From Polyangiaceae bacterium (GTDB lineage: Bacteria; Myxococcota_A; Polyangia; Polyangiales; Polyangiaceae): a stretch of 64,000 nt of DNA. Shown in pieces: positions 51,039-60,105 of this stretch (the first letter of the stretch is position 1; every line of letters begins with the position of its first letter). The translations under genes were made by a program, and so were the position numbers. The stretch spans positions 192,001 through 256,000 of the forward strand of contig JBILLK010000009.1 in NCBI GenBank assembly GCA_044376115.1. The letters are read 5' to 3'. The notes under the pieces are model-generated. The model worked only from the letters and a program-made list of their open reading frames with translations, was not told the DNA's origin and searched no databases.

Positions 51039-52997
51039 TCAGGTCCCGGAGCGCGCCGGTCGACCCGTCAGCGCAGACACAGCATCGAGGTTCTCTTCGC
51101 GGTGGTGGCGAGGGTCCTCGTGGTCCAACTTTACCAGGCCTGAGGTGATCACGATCTTCTCCTTATCCATGAAGATCGACGAGACGCCCACGGTGAGATG
51201 AATCGAATCCTCGGCGACGATCGAGTGGGTCTTGGCGTGCGAAAGCATGCCTCCAACCGTCTTCAGCGTTCGGTCCTTGCCGACCACCGAGATGTAGTTG
51301 CCAGTGATGCGCGTGGTCTTGTCCTTGCCCACTCGCTCGCGTTGGGTTTGTCCGACGCGCTCCTCGTCGTCGTGCTCGATCGTCATGCGGCGGTCGTGGC
51401 CAACCGAAAGCTCCTTGTCGTGGTTGACGCGCGTCTTCATGTCCTTCTCCGCGCGCCCCTCGACCAACTCGCTGCCCGCCGTATCGACGTAGCGGAGCAG
51501 GTTGTAGCCGCCAGTCTCCGGCACGCTCTTGCTGCGGAACCCGCTCTCGTTCTTGGCGGCGGGCAACGCGAAAGGAGGCCGCCGCAGGTTGGTGAAGATG
51601 CGACCGACGATCACCGGCTCCTCCGGGTTGCCGCCGAGGAAGCTCACCAGCACCTCTTGTCCGATACGCGGCAGATTAACCATGCCGAAGCCTTCTCCCG
51701 ACCATGGCTGGTTAACGGGGATCCAGCAGGAGGAAAGTTCGTCCATCTTGCCGTAGCGATCCCAGTGGAACTGGACGCGTACGCGACCGAACTCATCGCA
51801 GTGAATTGTCTCGCTTGAGGGGCCCACGATGGTGGCGCATTCAACGCCGGAAATGCGCGGCCGTGGCGTAACGGCTTCGGGCTTGTGGGGGACTTCAGCG
51901 CTCACGGCCTTGGCTGCGATATGAACCTCTGACTCGAAGGTGCCAGAGAACTCCACCTCAGTGAGCAGCAGCTTCTTGAACTTCTCCGCGACGGGGTGGT
52001 TCGCGAGCGAGAGCACGGTGCCCGAGCGCAGTTCAACGCAGTTCGACTGGAATGAGAAACGCTGCGAACGCGCGACCCTCACCGCTGCATCACGCTGCGC
52101 GATCAGCCGTGCTTCCTCGAGGTCGGTGCGGACGCGCCCGCGATCATCAGCGCTCGGCGTATCCTTGGTTCCGGTGTTGCCGAACTTGAAGGCACCGGGC
52201 GTATAGGCGAAGGCCTCGAGTTGCGCTTCGAGCGGGTGCTCGCTGGCGTGGGCCTGGGCCAAGAGCGGTTGGTTTGGGAGCCGAGGATCGTGATCGGCGA
52301 AGGTGGTACGGCCTTGGCGTATTGCGCGCTCCGCGCGCAGACCCGTTGCGTAGAGTTGCGGCCCAGCGCTCGGTGCTCCCACGTGATCGAGCGGAGCAAC
52401 GCGAGGTGTAGCCGCCTCGGGCGCATCGCGCAGCACGACGACCGTTCCGCTTTCACGCTGTTCGAGGACGTAGCTGATTCCCGTGTCCTCCAGCAGTCGA
52501 CTGATGAAGGCGAAGTCGGTCTCTTGGTATTGGACCCGGTACTTCTTCGGCTTGTAGCTTTGTTCACACAGCGACTCGTGAGCCAGGCCCCATTCTTTGA
52601 GGATCAACAGCACAACCTCGAGGTCGGTTAGCTGTTGGAAGACGCGGCAGTTGGTGCGCTGAGTCAAGAGCCACAACGCTGGAGCGAGCCGCACTCGATA
52701 CGTGGATAAGCCTGTGCTCTCCGATGCAAGCTGCTCGACGTTGCGAACGATGCCACTCCAGCTGGGCGACGGGGTGTCGGGGTGCGCGAGAGGGTTGAGC
52801 CCAATTCGGAAGCTCGCCTGAGCACCGATGGTCGCTTCCAAGTCGACCGCTGGGTTTGCGCAGCGAACCAAGAGGTTCACCGTAAACAGGCTGTTGACCC
52901 CCTCGTTCACCGAGTACTCCCGCACGTCGAAGGTGTCGGGCGAGTCGACCTGAAGCTCCAGGTTCTGCGGATTGGTCAGCAGGCTCACGGTGGTCAT
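51039..52997 (-). CDS. vgrG: Type VI secretion spike protein VgrG (TssI), copy 1
   Basis: Same VgrG motifs as 47918-49801, with which it is highly similar. Confidence 0.93.
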   Translation of the reverse strand: MTTVSLLTNPQNLELQVDSPDTFDVREYSVNEGVNSLFTVNLLVRCANPAVDLEATIGAQASFRIGLNPLAHPDTPSPSWSGIVRNVEQLASESTGLSTYRVRLAPALWLLTQRTNCRVFQQLTDLEVVLLILKEWGLAHESLCEQSYKPKKYRVQYQETDFAFISRLLEDTGISYVLEQRESGTVVVLRDAPEAATPRVAPLDHVGAPSAGPQLYATGLRAERAIRQGRTTFADHDPRLPNQPLLAQAHASEHPLEAQLEAFAYTPGAFKFGNTGTKDTPSADDRGRVRTDLEEARLIAQRDAAVRVARSQRFSFQSNCVELRSGTVLSLANHPVAEKFKKLLLTEVEFSGTFESEVHIAAKAVSAEVPHKPEAVTPRPRISGVECATIVGPSSETIHCDEFGRVRVQFHWDRYGKMDELSSCWIPVNQPWSGEGFGMVNLPRIGQEVLVSFLGGNPEEPVIVGRIFTNLRRPPFALPAAKNESGFRSKSVPETGGYNLLRYVDTAGSELVEGRAEKDMKTRVNHDKELSVGHDRRMTIEHDDEERVGQTQRERVGKDKTTRITGNYISVVGKDRTLKTVGGMLSHAKTHSIVAEDSIHLTVGVSSIFMDKEKIVITSGLVKLDHEDPRHHREENLDAVSALTGRPARSGT

Positions 52998-53008
52998 AGG
53001 CGGGAGTC

Positions 53009-53025
53009 ATGCTAACGGCATGCCA
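53009..53025 (-). promoter_or_regulatory. Candidate sigma54 promoter for the vgrG island
   Basis: Minus strand TGGCATGCCGTTAGCAT, GG-N10-GC, just upstream of vgrG. Confidence 0.4.
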
Positions 53026-53244
53026 CGACGACACGCCACTGTTGAGGTCGAGCCGACGAGCACTTTGCGCGTGATGTGCAAAGCCTGAGCTTCGCGTTCG
53101 TTCGCTGGATTGTGGGCGCGAATAGCTACGTCACGTCAGCTCGGGGTGGTAACGCGTTGCCCGCTTGAGTGCGCACAAAGTCTTCAGCAACTGGCTTGGG
53201 GCGAGTCCGTGCATGCGCCTTCGGCTTCCGCGTATCTTCGGTGA

Positions 53245-53841
53245 ATGCGACGTTCGGGTGCCCTTCTGGTTCTCATCGTAGGCTGGCTTTTCGGGTGTGG
53301 TGGCCTGGTCGTGTTTGAGCAATCCGAGCCTGGAGACGGTGCGGCTGGGGCAGGCGGTTCAACCAGCTCAACGAGCTCAACCGGCTCCACGGCTTCAATC
53401 GAGCCGACGTGTGTCGATTTCTGCAGTGCGAAAGCCGCTAACGGGTGCGCCAGCCCAGACTGTGAATCCACGTGTGATGCGCTCTTCAACGGTGCTTGTG
53501 ACGACACCATCCGGCCTTATCTCGAGTGTGTCCCGGACCTCCTCAACGCAGACTGCGTCCCGCAATTCCCAGAGGATCCGCTCTTCCCCTGCTCGGTCGC
53601 GAGCGTTTACCTCTCCTGCAACCCGTCCTGCGGCAGCGTCTCGAGTGAGATTGTCGGCAGCGGCTGCAAGGGCGAGGCGGCATGCGGCGTTGGGCTCGTA
53701 ACAACCGAGTGCAACAGCGAGGGAGTCTGCGTGTGCAGCTTGGACGGCCTCGCGATTGGGACCTGTAACGCGCTGCTTCGCGGCGTTGACGGCTGCATTC
53801 CGTCGCTCAATTGCTGCAAGCTCTTGATTCCAGGGCTCTAA
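53245..53841 (+). CDS. Cys-rich lipoprotein
   Basis: Lipobox LFGC, G/S/T linker, many Cys. Confidence 0.7.
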   Translation: MRRSGALLVLIVGWLFGCGGLVVFEQSEPGDGAAGAGGSTSSTSSTGSTASIEPTCVDFCSAKAANGCASPDCESTCDALFNGACDDTIRPYLECVPDLLNADCVPQFPEDPLFPCSVASVYLSCNPSCGSVSSEIVGSGCKGEAACGVGLVTTECNSEGVCVCSLDGLAIGTCNALLRGVDGCIPSLNCCKLLIPGL

Positions 53842-53892
53842 GCCCCAAGGCAGCCGCGCTGCGCGAGCTTGTCTTTGTTACGTGAAGGGACC

Positions 53893-55356
53893 ATGGACCG
53901 GAGCGTGGCATCCGAATCCGCAAGTCTCGCCGTATATCTCCGCTCGAACGCCTCGGTCGAGGCCGAGTTTGAACAAGCTCTGCAGTTGGTGGAGGGCAAG
54001 CTGCCGGCCGAACTGCGCGGCGTGCTCTACCGCAATGGGCCAGGCAAGATGGAGGCCTTTGGCCAGCGCTATGACCATCCGTTCGATGGCGACGGAATGG
54101 TCACTCGTTTCGAGTTTAATGGTCAATCGGTTCACTATCGAAATAGCTACGTAAAGACCGCCGAGTACGTCGCTGAGCAGCGCGCTGGGAAAATGCTCTA
54201 TCGGGCGTTTGGTACCAATCTGCCAGGTGGTCTGCGGGCGAACTTTTTGCGCCTTCACTTCAAGAACGCGGCCAATACGAGTGTAGCGATGGTCGGAGGA
54301 AAGCTCTTGGCGTTGTGGGAAGGCGGCCTCCCACATGAGCTTGACCCGACTACGTTGGAGACGGTTGGTCGCTATGACTTTGCGGGCCAATTGCACAATC
54401 GAGCAGACTTGCTCGGTCGCCTCATTTCGCCAGAGCTTCCGTTCTCCGCGCACCCGAAGATGGACCCAAAGAGCGGTGAACTTCACAACTTTGGCACGCT
54501 CATGGGAAGCGTCAGCAAGCTTGTCCTTTATCGCGTTAGGCGCAACGGGACGATGGCTACGCCTCGCTTCGTGCCGTTGCCAGCGTTGGCGTTCGTCCAT
54601 GACTTCGTGCTTACCGAGAACTACAGCGTGTTCTTTCTCTCCGCGGTCTCCTTCGGTGTGGCTCGCGCGTTATGCGGCTTAGCGACTCCCGTAGGGTCAC
54701 TCACCGGCGCTGAGTCTGCCCCGGCGACTGTGCTCCTCGTTCCTCGCGACGGCTCCGCTCCCATCTCGGTTCCCGCTCAGCCCGGCTTCTTGTTTCATTT
54801 TGCAAACGGCTTTGAGGATGAACGAGGCCGGGTCGTGCTCGACGGCATGCGCATGGACGCTCTTCCGACGGCGGCAGAGGTTCGCGAACTGCTCGCAGGC
54901 AACGTCGTCGCCATTCCGCCCGCTCGGCCAACTCGCTACGTGATTGATCCTGCTACTCGTCATTGTGAGGAGAGCCAGCTCAGCGAGACAAAGGCGGATC
55001 TACCAACGATTGACCCCCGTCACACCGGGCTTCCTTATCGACACTTCTGGTCGATCGCCTCGACGCCCGAGCAGACGGGCCCGTTTTATCATTGCCTGCT
55101 GCATTTCGATCATCAGCGCGGCGCGGCCCTGCGTGACTTTGGGCTGGACCTGCCAGGGGAGCCGCTGTTTGTGCCGGCGCCGGACGGCGCGGCCGAGGGT
55201 GAAGGGTGGATCCTCTCTTTGGTCTATCGCGCCGGCGAGCACCGCACAGACCTCTACGTTCTACGGCCGGCGGATCTCGGAACGGTTTGTCGGTTGGAGC
55301 TCCCTCACCACCTGCCCTCTGGGTTCCACGGCACATGGCAGTCCGCGAGCCATTGA
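53893..55356 (+). CDS. Carotenoid oxygenase (RPE65/CCD) family protein
   Basis: YRNGPG, HPFDGDG, four Fe-ligand His (SAHP, VHDF, FHFAN, FHG), GEPLF. Confidence 0.92.
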   Translation: MDRSVASESASLAVYLRSNASVEAEFEQALQLVEGKLPAELRGVLYRNGPGKMEAFGQRYDHPFDGDGMVTRFEFNGQSVHYRNSYVKTAEYVAEQRAGKMLYRAFGTNLPGGLRANFLRLHFKNAANTSVAMVGGKLLALWEGGLPHELDPTTLETVGRYDFAGQLHNRADLLGRLISPELPFSAHPKMDPKSGELHNFGTLMGSVSKLVLYRVRRNGTMATPRFVPLPALAFVHDFVLTENYSVFFLSAVSFGVARALCGLATPVGSLTGAESAPATVLLVPRDGSAPISVPAQPGFLFHFANGFEDERGRVVLDGMRMDALPTAAEVRELLAGNVVAIPPARPTRYVIDPATRHCEESQLSETKADLPTIDPRHTGLPYRHFWSIASTPEQTGPFYHCLLHFDHQRGAALRDFGLDLPGEPLFVPAPDGAAEGEGWILSLVYRAGEHRTDLYVLRPADLGTVCRLELPHHLPSGFHGTWQSASH

Positions 55357-55359
55357 GCC

Positions 55360-56265
55360 TCAGAACGTAGCGAAAGCAAATCCGCCGTATTGAAACTCCA
55401 CGCAGCCGAGTGGCGTCTCGGCGGCGGCCACCTGCGCGTAGGTAAAGCCTTGGAACTCGAGACCCGTAACCACTGCGAGCGGGTCGATCATCTCGGCGTC
55501 TGCGTGAAAGCCCCCCTCTGACGCGGGGACTGCGCAATGGGTGAAGGTGGCCCCCGCAGCGTGATGATTGATCGGTATCGTGGAAAACACGTGACCCTCG
55601 GTGGCGCCAGACCAGCTGGCGTCGAGCGCGCCCGGCATCGAAGAGTCCCCCTCGAGCGTGATGGCGGGGTTCTCCAACACCCCCGCGATCTTCATGGCAG
55701 GAGCTTCAATCGTCATTTCATCCCAAGCGAGCGTCGCTGAGAACAACGCGTCGGCCGCTCCGATCGTGACCTCGCCAGACAGCCCGCCGATCGTCGGATC
55801 GGCGGTGAAGGTCTGCTCCTCGCTACCACTTTGCAATAATAAAGTAGCGGTCTTGACGGTGCGCCGATCCACCACGCACTCCCCAGCGTGGGAACAGACC
55901 TCGGTGGCTGCGCAGCCATTGCAGAGGCCCTGCGCTTGGTGAAACGCACAGTGCTCATTCTCGAGTTCAGGCTCGCCGATCGTAGGGTTGACGCGATCCC
56001 ACAGGTCGCCTTGCAGGTAAGGGGCATCGGGAAAGCCACCCAAGTTGATGCGCCCTAGCAGATTCTGCGGGGAGCAATGGGTGTCGGGGATCGCCTGGTA
56101 GGTGCCGCTTGCGCCACCACCGTCACCGCCTTGGCCGCCCTCTCCAGCACCGCCATTGCCGTTGCCGCCACCTCCGCTGCCACCGCTGCCGCTATCGCCA
56201 CAGCCGAACGCTCCGCCGACCGTAATAAGCAGGGAGGAAACCAAGAGCGGAAGGCGCTTCGTCAT
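55360..56265 (-). CDS. Hypothetical lipoprotein
   Basis: Lipobox AFGC, Gly linker, Cys cluster, acidic beta-rich domain. Confidence 0.7.
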   Translation of the reverse strand: MTKRLPLLVSSLLITVGGAFGCGDSGSGGSGGGGNGNGGAGEGGQGGDGGGASGTYQAIPDTHCSPQNLLGRINLGGFPDAPYLQGDLWDRVNPTIGEPELENEHCAFHQAQGLCNGCAATEVCSHAGECVVDRRTVKTATLLLQSGSEEQTFTADPTIGGLSGEVTIGAADALFSATLAWDEMTIEAPAMKIAGVLENPAITLEGDSSMPGALDASWSGATEGHVFSTIPINHHAAGATFTHCAVPASEGGFHADAEMIDPLAVVTGLEFQGFTYAQVAAAETPLGCVEFQYGGFAFATF

Positions 56266-56361
56266 AAGTCGCCCAAGCGTACTTTGGCTTTGCGCGAGCC
56301 GCCAATCGCACGGTTCGCCAGCCCTTTACCGAAGGTTGCTGAAGTGTGGAACACTCGGCCG

Positions 56362-57936
56362 ATGCTCAGAGCTGGGGCGACGTTGCGTGGAGGCTTCATC
56401 GTAAGGGCCAAAGTCCGGGGAGTGGGTTCGCTCTTGGCGGCGCTCAGCACCAGGGGACTTGCGAGCGTCGTGGTGGCAGGCCTTTGCCATTGCTCGGGCG
56501 AAGTGTTGCCAAGCTCGATTCCTCCGCGCGCTACGGCGAGCGCCGCACCCAGCGTTACGTTGCCCGCGAAGCCAACCTCGACGGCCCGCGCTTCCGCGAC
56601 CCCGGCCGGCATTGATCTGCAAGCGGCGACGACACCAACCTTGTTATGGTCTTACCCAACGGAAGGCGGCGAGCCGTTGCTGCTCGGGGACGGCGTTGTG
56701 GTGATCGACGCCGGCGCAAGCTCGGCCTCACTCGTTCGAAGCGATGGGGCTCGGACATGGCAAGTAAAGGCCCCCTCCGGCGTCAGCTTCTCGTCGACGT
56801 TGAAGGCGTTAGCCGGTAGAGCGGTCTTGCTACATGGTTATGGCGCCAAGGGAGAGAGCCTCAGCCGCGTAGATAGCGCGACGGGCAAGCTGATTTGGCA
56901 TCGGGACGGGTTGGGGGAGCCGACGCTTGGGGATGATGGGACAGGGGCCACCGCAGCGTCGTCGCAGAAATGCTCGAGCGCCGTGCTCGACTTGGACACG
57001 GGGGTATTGGGCCCCCATCCGCTGGCTGACAGTCTGTTCGAGGTGTTTGAGCAAGAGTCGCCACCGCACCCACGGTGTCGTCGCTCGACGCGGCCGATCC
57101 TGGAGCGTGGAGGAGTGACGTTGCTCTCCCGTCACGAGAAGGGGGCTGAGATTCTGGAGGCCTTCAATCGTGCCGGCCAATCGCGATACAAGCTGCCGCT
57201 CGACCAGGCGCACGCTCGCTTGGTGCACGCCGACGAGAAGACGGCTGTGCTGCTGCTGTTGGGCCGCGAGGTTACGTACTTGAGGCTCAAGGTCGAGTCG
57301 GGCGAGACGCTGGCGCGACAGGAGATCGCTACGGCCGCGCAATGCGATGAGGACAGGACCGGACCCTACGCTGAGGTGGTACCGGCGACTTCCGGTCAGC
57401 CCGCTGCGCTTTTTACTCGACTATGTGGCCAAGCCAGTCTTCGGGAGTTGACCACCGCTAAGCTGATTTGGTCCACTCCTATCGGGGAAGACGCAGCCTT
57501 CATAGCCGGGACCGAGACTCAGCCTTGGGACGAGCTCGCGAGCCTTTACGTGAGTTCTGGCGAGCCGCAATCGGCATGGCTCTTCGACCGGGCAGGAGCA
57601 GCCGAGCGGATCAAGCTACCTGAAGGCGTCCGCGACGTCATGCCGATGAAAGGCGGCGTGGTGGTCACCACCCTAGGGCTCGACCGTACCTCCTTTTACG
57701 ATAAGCAGGGGCTGCGCTGGAGCTTGGATTTGGCGTTTGGAAACTCTTATCCATTGGGGCATCACTACTTGGTACTTGGCTCAAACGCCGCAGACCAGGT
57801 GGTGATCGAGCCCACGAGCGGTGCTGTATCCCTGTTTGAGGGCGGTTCCCCCTACGCAGTAGGAGAACTTGACGGCGTTTGGATTTCAACCAGGACGAAG
57901 CCGGCCTCGCTCGTGGGGCTACGGCTGGGGCTCTGA
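56362..57936 (+). CDS. PQQ-like beta-propeller (lipo)protein
   Basis: Trp-docking repeats (ATGKLIW, GARTW, AKLIW), Pro/Ala linker; start uncertain. Confidence 0.6.
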   Translation: MLRAGATLRGGFIVRAKVRGVGSLLAALSTRGLASVVVAGLCHCSGEVLPSSIPPRATASAAPSVTLPAKPTSTARASATPAGIDLQAATTPTLLWSYPTEGGEPLLLGDGVVVIDAGASSASLVRSDGARTWQVKAPSGVSFSSTLKALAGRAVLLHGYGAKGESLSRVDSATGKLIWHRDGLGEPTLGDDGTGATAASSQKCSSAVLDLDTGVLGPHPLADSLFEVFEQESPPHPRCRRSTRPILERGGVTLLSRHEKGAEILEAFNRAGQSRYKLPLDQAHARLVHADEKTAVLLLLGREVTYLRLKVESGETLARQEIATAAQCDEDRTGPYAEVVPATSGQPAALFTRLCGQASLRELTTAKLIWSTPIGEDAAFIAGTETQPWDELASLYVSSGEPQSAWLFDRAGAAERIKLPEGVRDVMPMKGGVVVTTLGLDRTSFYDKQGLRWSLDLAFGNSYPLGHHYLVLGSNAADQVVIEPTSGAVSLFEGGSPYAVGELDGVWISTRTKPASLVGLRLGL

Positions 57937-57941
57937 ACGGC

Positions 57942-60074
57942 TCAGGGCTCGAACAAGATGAGGATCGTGTCGCCTTGGATTGCACCTCCGCCTAGGTCGA
58001 GCTCAGTTCCTTCAAAGAAGTCCCCCTGTAGTAGGGCCGCGACGCGTCCGTCCCTGGTCGAAACCTCGATCGGCTCCCACAGGCTTCCTTCATAGGCTCG
58101 CACCCAATCGATCTGTCCCTCAGGGTTTGTTCGATAAAATGCAGGTACGCCCGAGAGAGTGAAGTCAAAGCCACTAAGCGGGCAGCCAGCAATAGTCGCC
58201 TCGTTCACTAGCTTGGTTGCTACGATGCGCGAGCCGTCCTCCGTTGTCGTGATGGCGCCGTAGTTATTATAGAGCTCTGGAATAGCAAGCGTAGAGATGT
58301 GGGTTAGCCCGGGATCCAACGCCGTCTCGAATACTCCGAAATCCTGCAGCGGGCCTCCTCCCAAGTCTGTGCCGGCTGGCCCCACGCCCAAGATGGTAAA
58401 GCCACCGGCGGGGTGGGTGCTAACGTCAATCGTTTCCATCCCTGACGCCACTGGCATAGGCCCGCCAAAGGCTCGTTGGGAGATAAAGTCTCCGTTGCTC
58501 GCGAAACGGGCGAGCAAGAGCGGGTTGTCAAGCCCGTACACCGGGCCGCCTCCCACGTCCACGCGCCCGACTATCTCAGTAAAGAGGCCAATGCTGCCGT
58601 CTGCCTGAATGGCGAGATCGATCGTGCTGCTCTGTCCCTCGCCGTCCAGATCAAGGATGGAGAAGCTGAAGACGTGGCTGCCGTCTTCCTCAAAGGAGGC
58701 CAGGTAGCTCTGCAATTGGATATTCGTGTAGGGGAGTTCGCCACCCCCCAAGTCCAGCGTGCCCCCTTGTGAACCGGCCATGACCAAGCGGCCGGAGGGG
58801 GCCACCTCCAAGTCAAAGACCCGCTGGCCTCCAAACTGCCCAGAGAAACCGCGGCTAAAAAGATGTTGCCCGTTGGCGTCGAGCTTCCAAAGGAAGGTAG
58901 CGCTCGATTCGGTTGTGGCTAGTGGACCACCACCAAAATCAGGGCCCGGCGGCATGAAACTGTATGCCGTGTATTGACCGCCTACCCAGATATTCCCTGT
59001 TGCATCCACAGCGACCGCGTCGGCGGTCATGTAGTGCCCAACCGACTCAACCCCTGTCGCCCAAATCGGGTTGAGCGTGTCACTGTCGAGCAAGGCGACG
59101 AATACCGCGATAGCGTCGACGTCGGTGGTTTGAAGCACGGTCCCGCCTCCGAGATCGAAGTCGTCGTAGGTGCCAATGATGACGATGCCGTCGGGGTGAA
59201 CGGCGACATCGATGAGGGTATTGCTGCCGCTGTTATAGAGGGTGAACGGCTTTGCGCTGCGTACAGATGGATCCGGGCCATCGGCGACGTCCCAGCAGGA
59301 GGGGCTGACGACGGTTCCGCCGCAAGGAGCGCAGGCGGAGAAGGCTGGGTCTTCTGGGTCGAGCTCGCCAGCGAAGCCGGGCCCCGCGCAGATCTGTACT
59401 CCGCTATCGCCATTTTCGCAGCTGCAGGCCCGCTGCTCGTTGGGCACGCAGTCTGCGCTCGTGCTTGGCCCTGCTAGCTCACAGAGCCCCTCCAGGCAGC
59501 GCCGTTCGGGGCTGCCGGCTGGGGTTGGGCAATCACTGTTCTCTTGGCATTCGATACGGCAGTACCCGCCGAGACAGCGAGCCGGTAGTTCACAATCCGA
59601 CGAGAAGCTGCAGAGCTCGCCTTCCTTGGCGGGGGCTTCGAGTTCACCCCCGACGAGTTCCTCGGGCAGCGCGCAAACCCGCGTTGCTGCACAGACCTGA
59701 TCGGCCAGGCAATCAGGATCTGCCAGACATTGATTGCGACATTCTCCGTCGGTGCCGCAAACGAGCGGTTCCGGACAATCGCTATTGAGCGAGCAGCGAG
59801 CGTCCTCCTCCAGCAGGCACACATTGCCGTTGTCGGTGGTGACGCAGCGCAACCCCAGCGCACAGTCCGAACTTACGAGGCACGCCTCGTGGCAGACGCG
59901 AAAAGCGCAAATGAGCTCCGCCTCGCAGTCGGAGTTCACTACGCAACCGGCGCCCAGGGCAGCCAGCACCGCTTCGGTGCTGGCTGAGCAACCAGCTCCC
60001 GCGGTGCTTGCCAGTAGGGTAAAGCCCACCACGCCCGCTGCCAACGTTCTACGCAGCCCCAAACCTAAGCTCAT
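57942..60074 (-). CDS. Cys-rich lipoprotein with C-terminal beta-propeller-like repeats
   Basis: Lipobox GAGC, CxxxxDC repeats, repeated D(L/F)GGG.L units. Confidence 0.75.
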   Translation of the reverse strand: MSLGLGLRRTLAAGVVGFTLLASTAGAGCSASTEAVLAALGAGCVVNSDCEAELICAFRVCHEACLVSSDCALGLRCVTTDNGNVCLLEEDARCSLNSDCPEPLVCGTDGECRNQCLADPDCLADQVCAATRVCALPEELVGGELEAPAKEGELCSFSSDCELPARCLGGYCRIECQENSDCPTPAGSPERRCLEGLCELAGPSTSADCVPNEQRACSCENGDSGVQICAGPGFAGELDPEDPAFSACAPCGGTVVSPSCWDVADGPDPSVRSAKPFTLYNSGSNTLIDVAVHPDGIVIIGTYDDFDLGGGTVLQTTDVDAIAVFVALLDSDTLNPIWATGVESVGHYMTADAVAVDATGNIWVGGQYTAYSFMPPGPDFGGGPLATTESSATFLWKLDANGQHLFSRGFSGQFGGQRVFDLEVAPSGRLVMAGSQGGTLDLGGGELPYTNIQLQSYLASFEEDGSHVFSFSILDLDGEGQSSTIDLAIQADGSIGLFTEIVGRVDVGGGPVYGLDNPLLLARFASNGDFISQRAFGGPMPVASGMETIDVSTHPAGGFTILGVGPAGTDLGGGPLQDFGVFETALDPGLTHISTLAIPELYNNYGAITTTEDGSRIVATKLVNEATIAGCPLSGFDFTLSGVPAFYRTNPEGQIDWVRAYEGSLWEPIEVSTRDGRVAALLQGDFFEGTELDLGGGAIQGDTILILFEP

Positions 60075-60105
60075 CGGTAGGCACCCTCCATGCTGGTCCG
60101 AGTCA

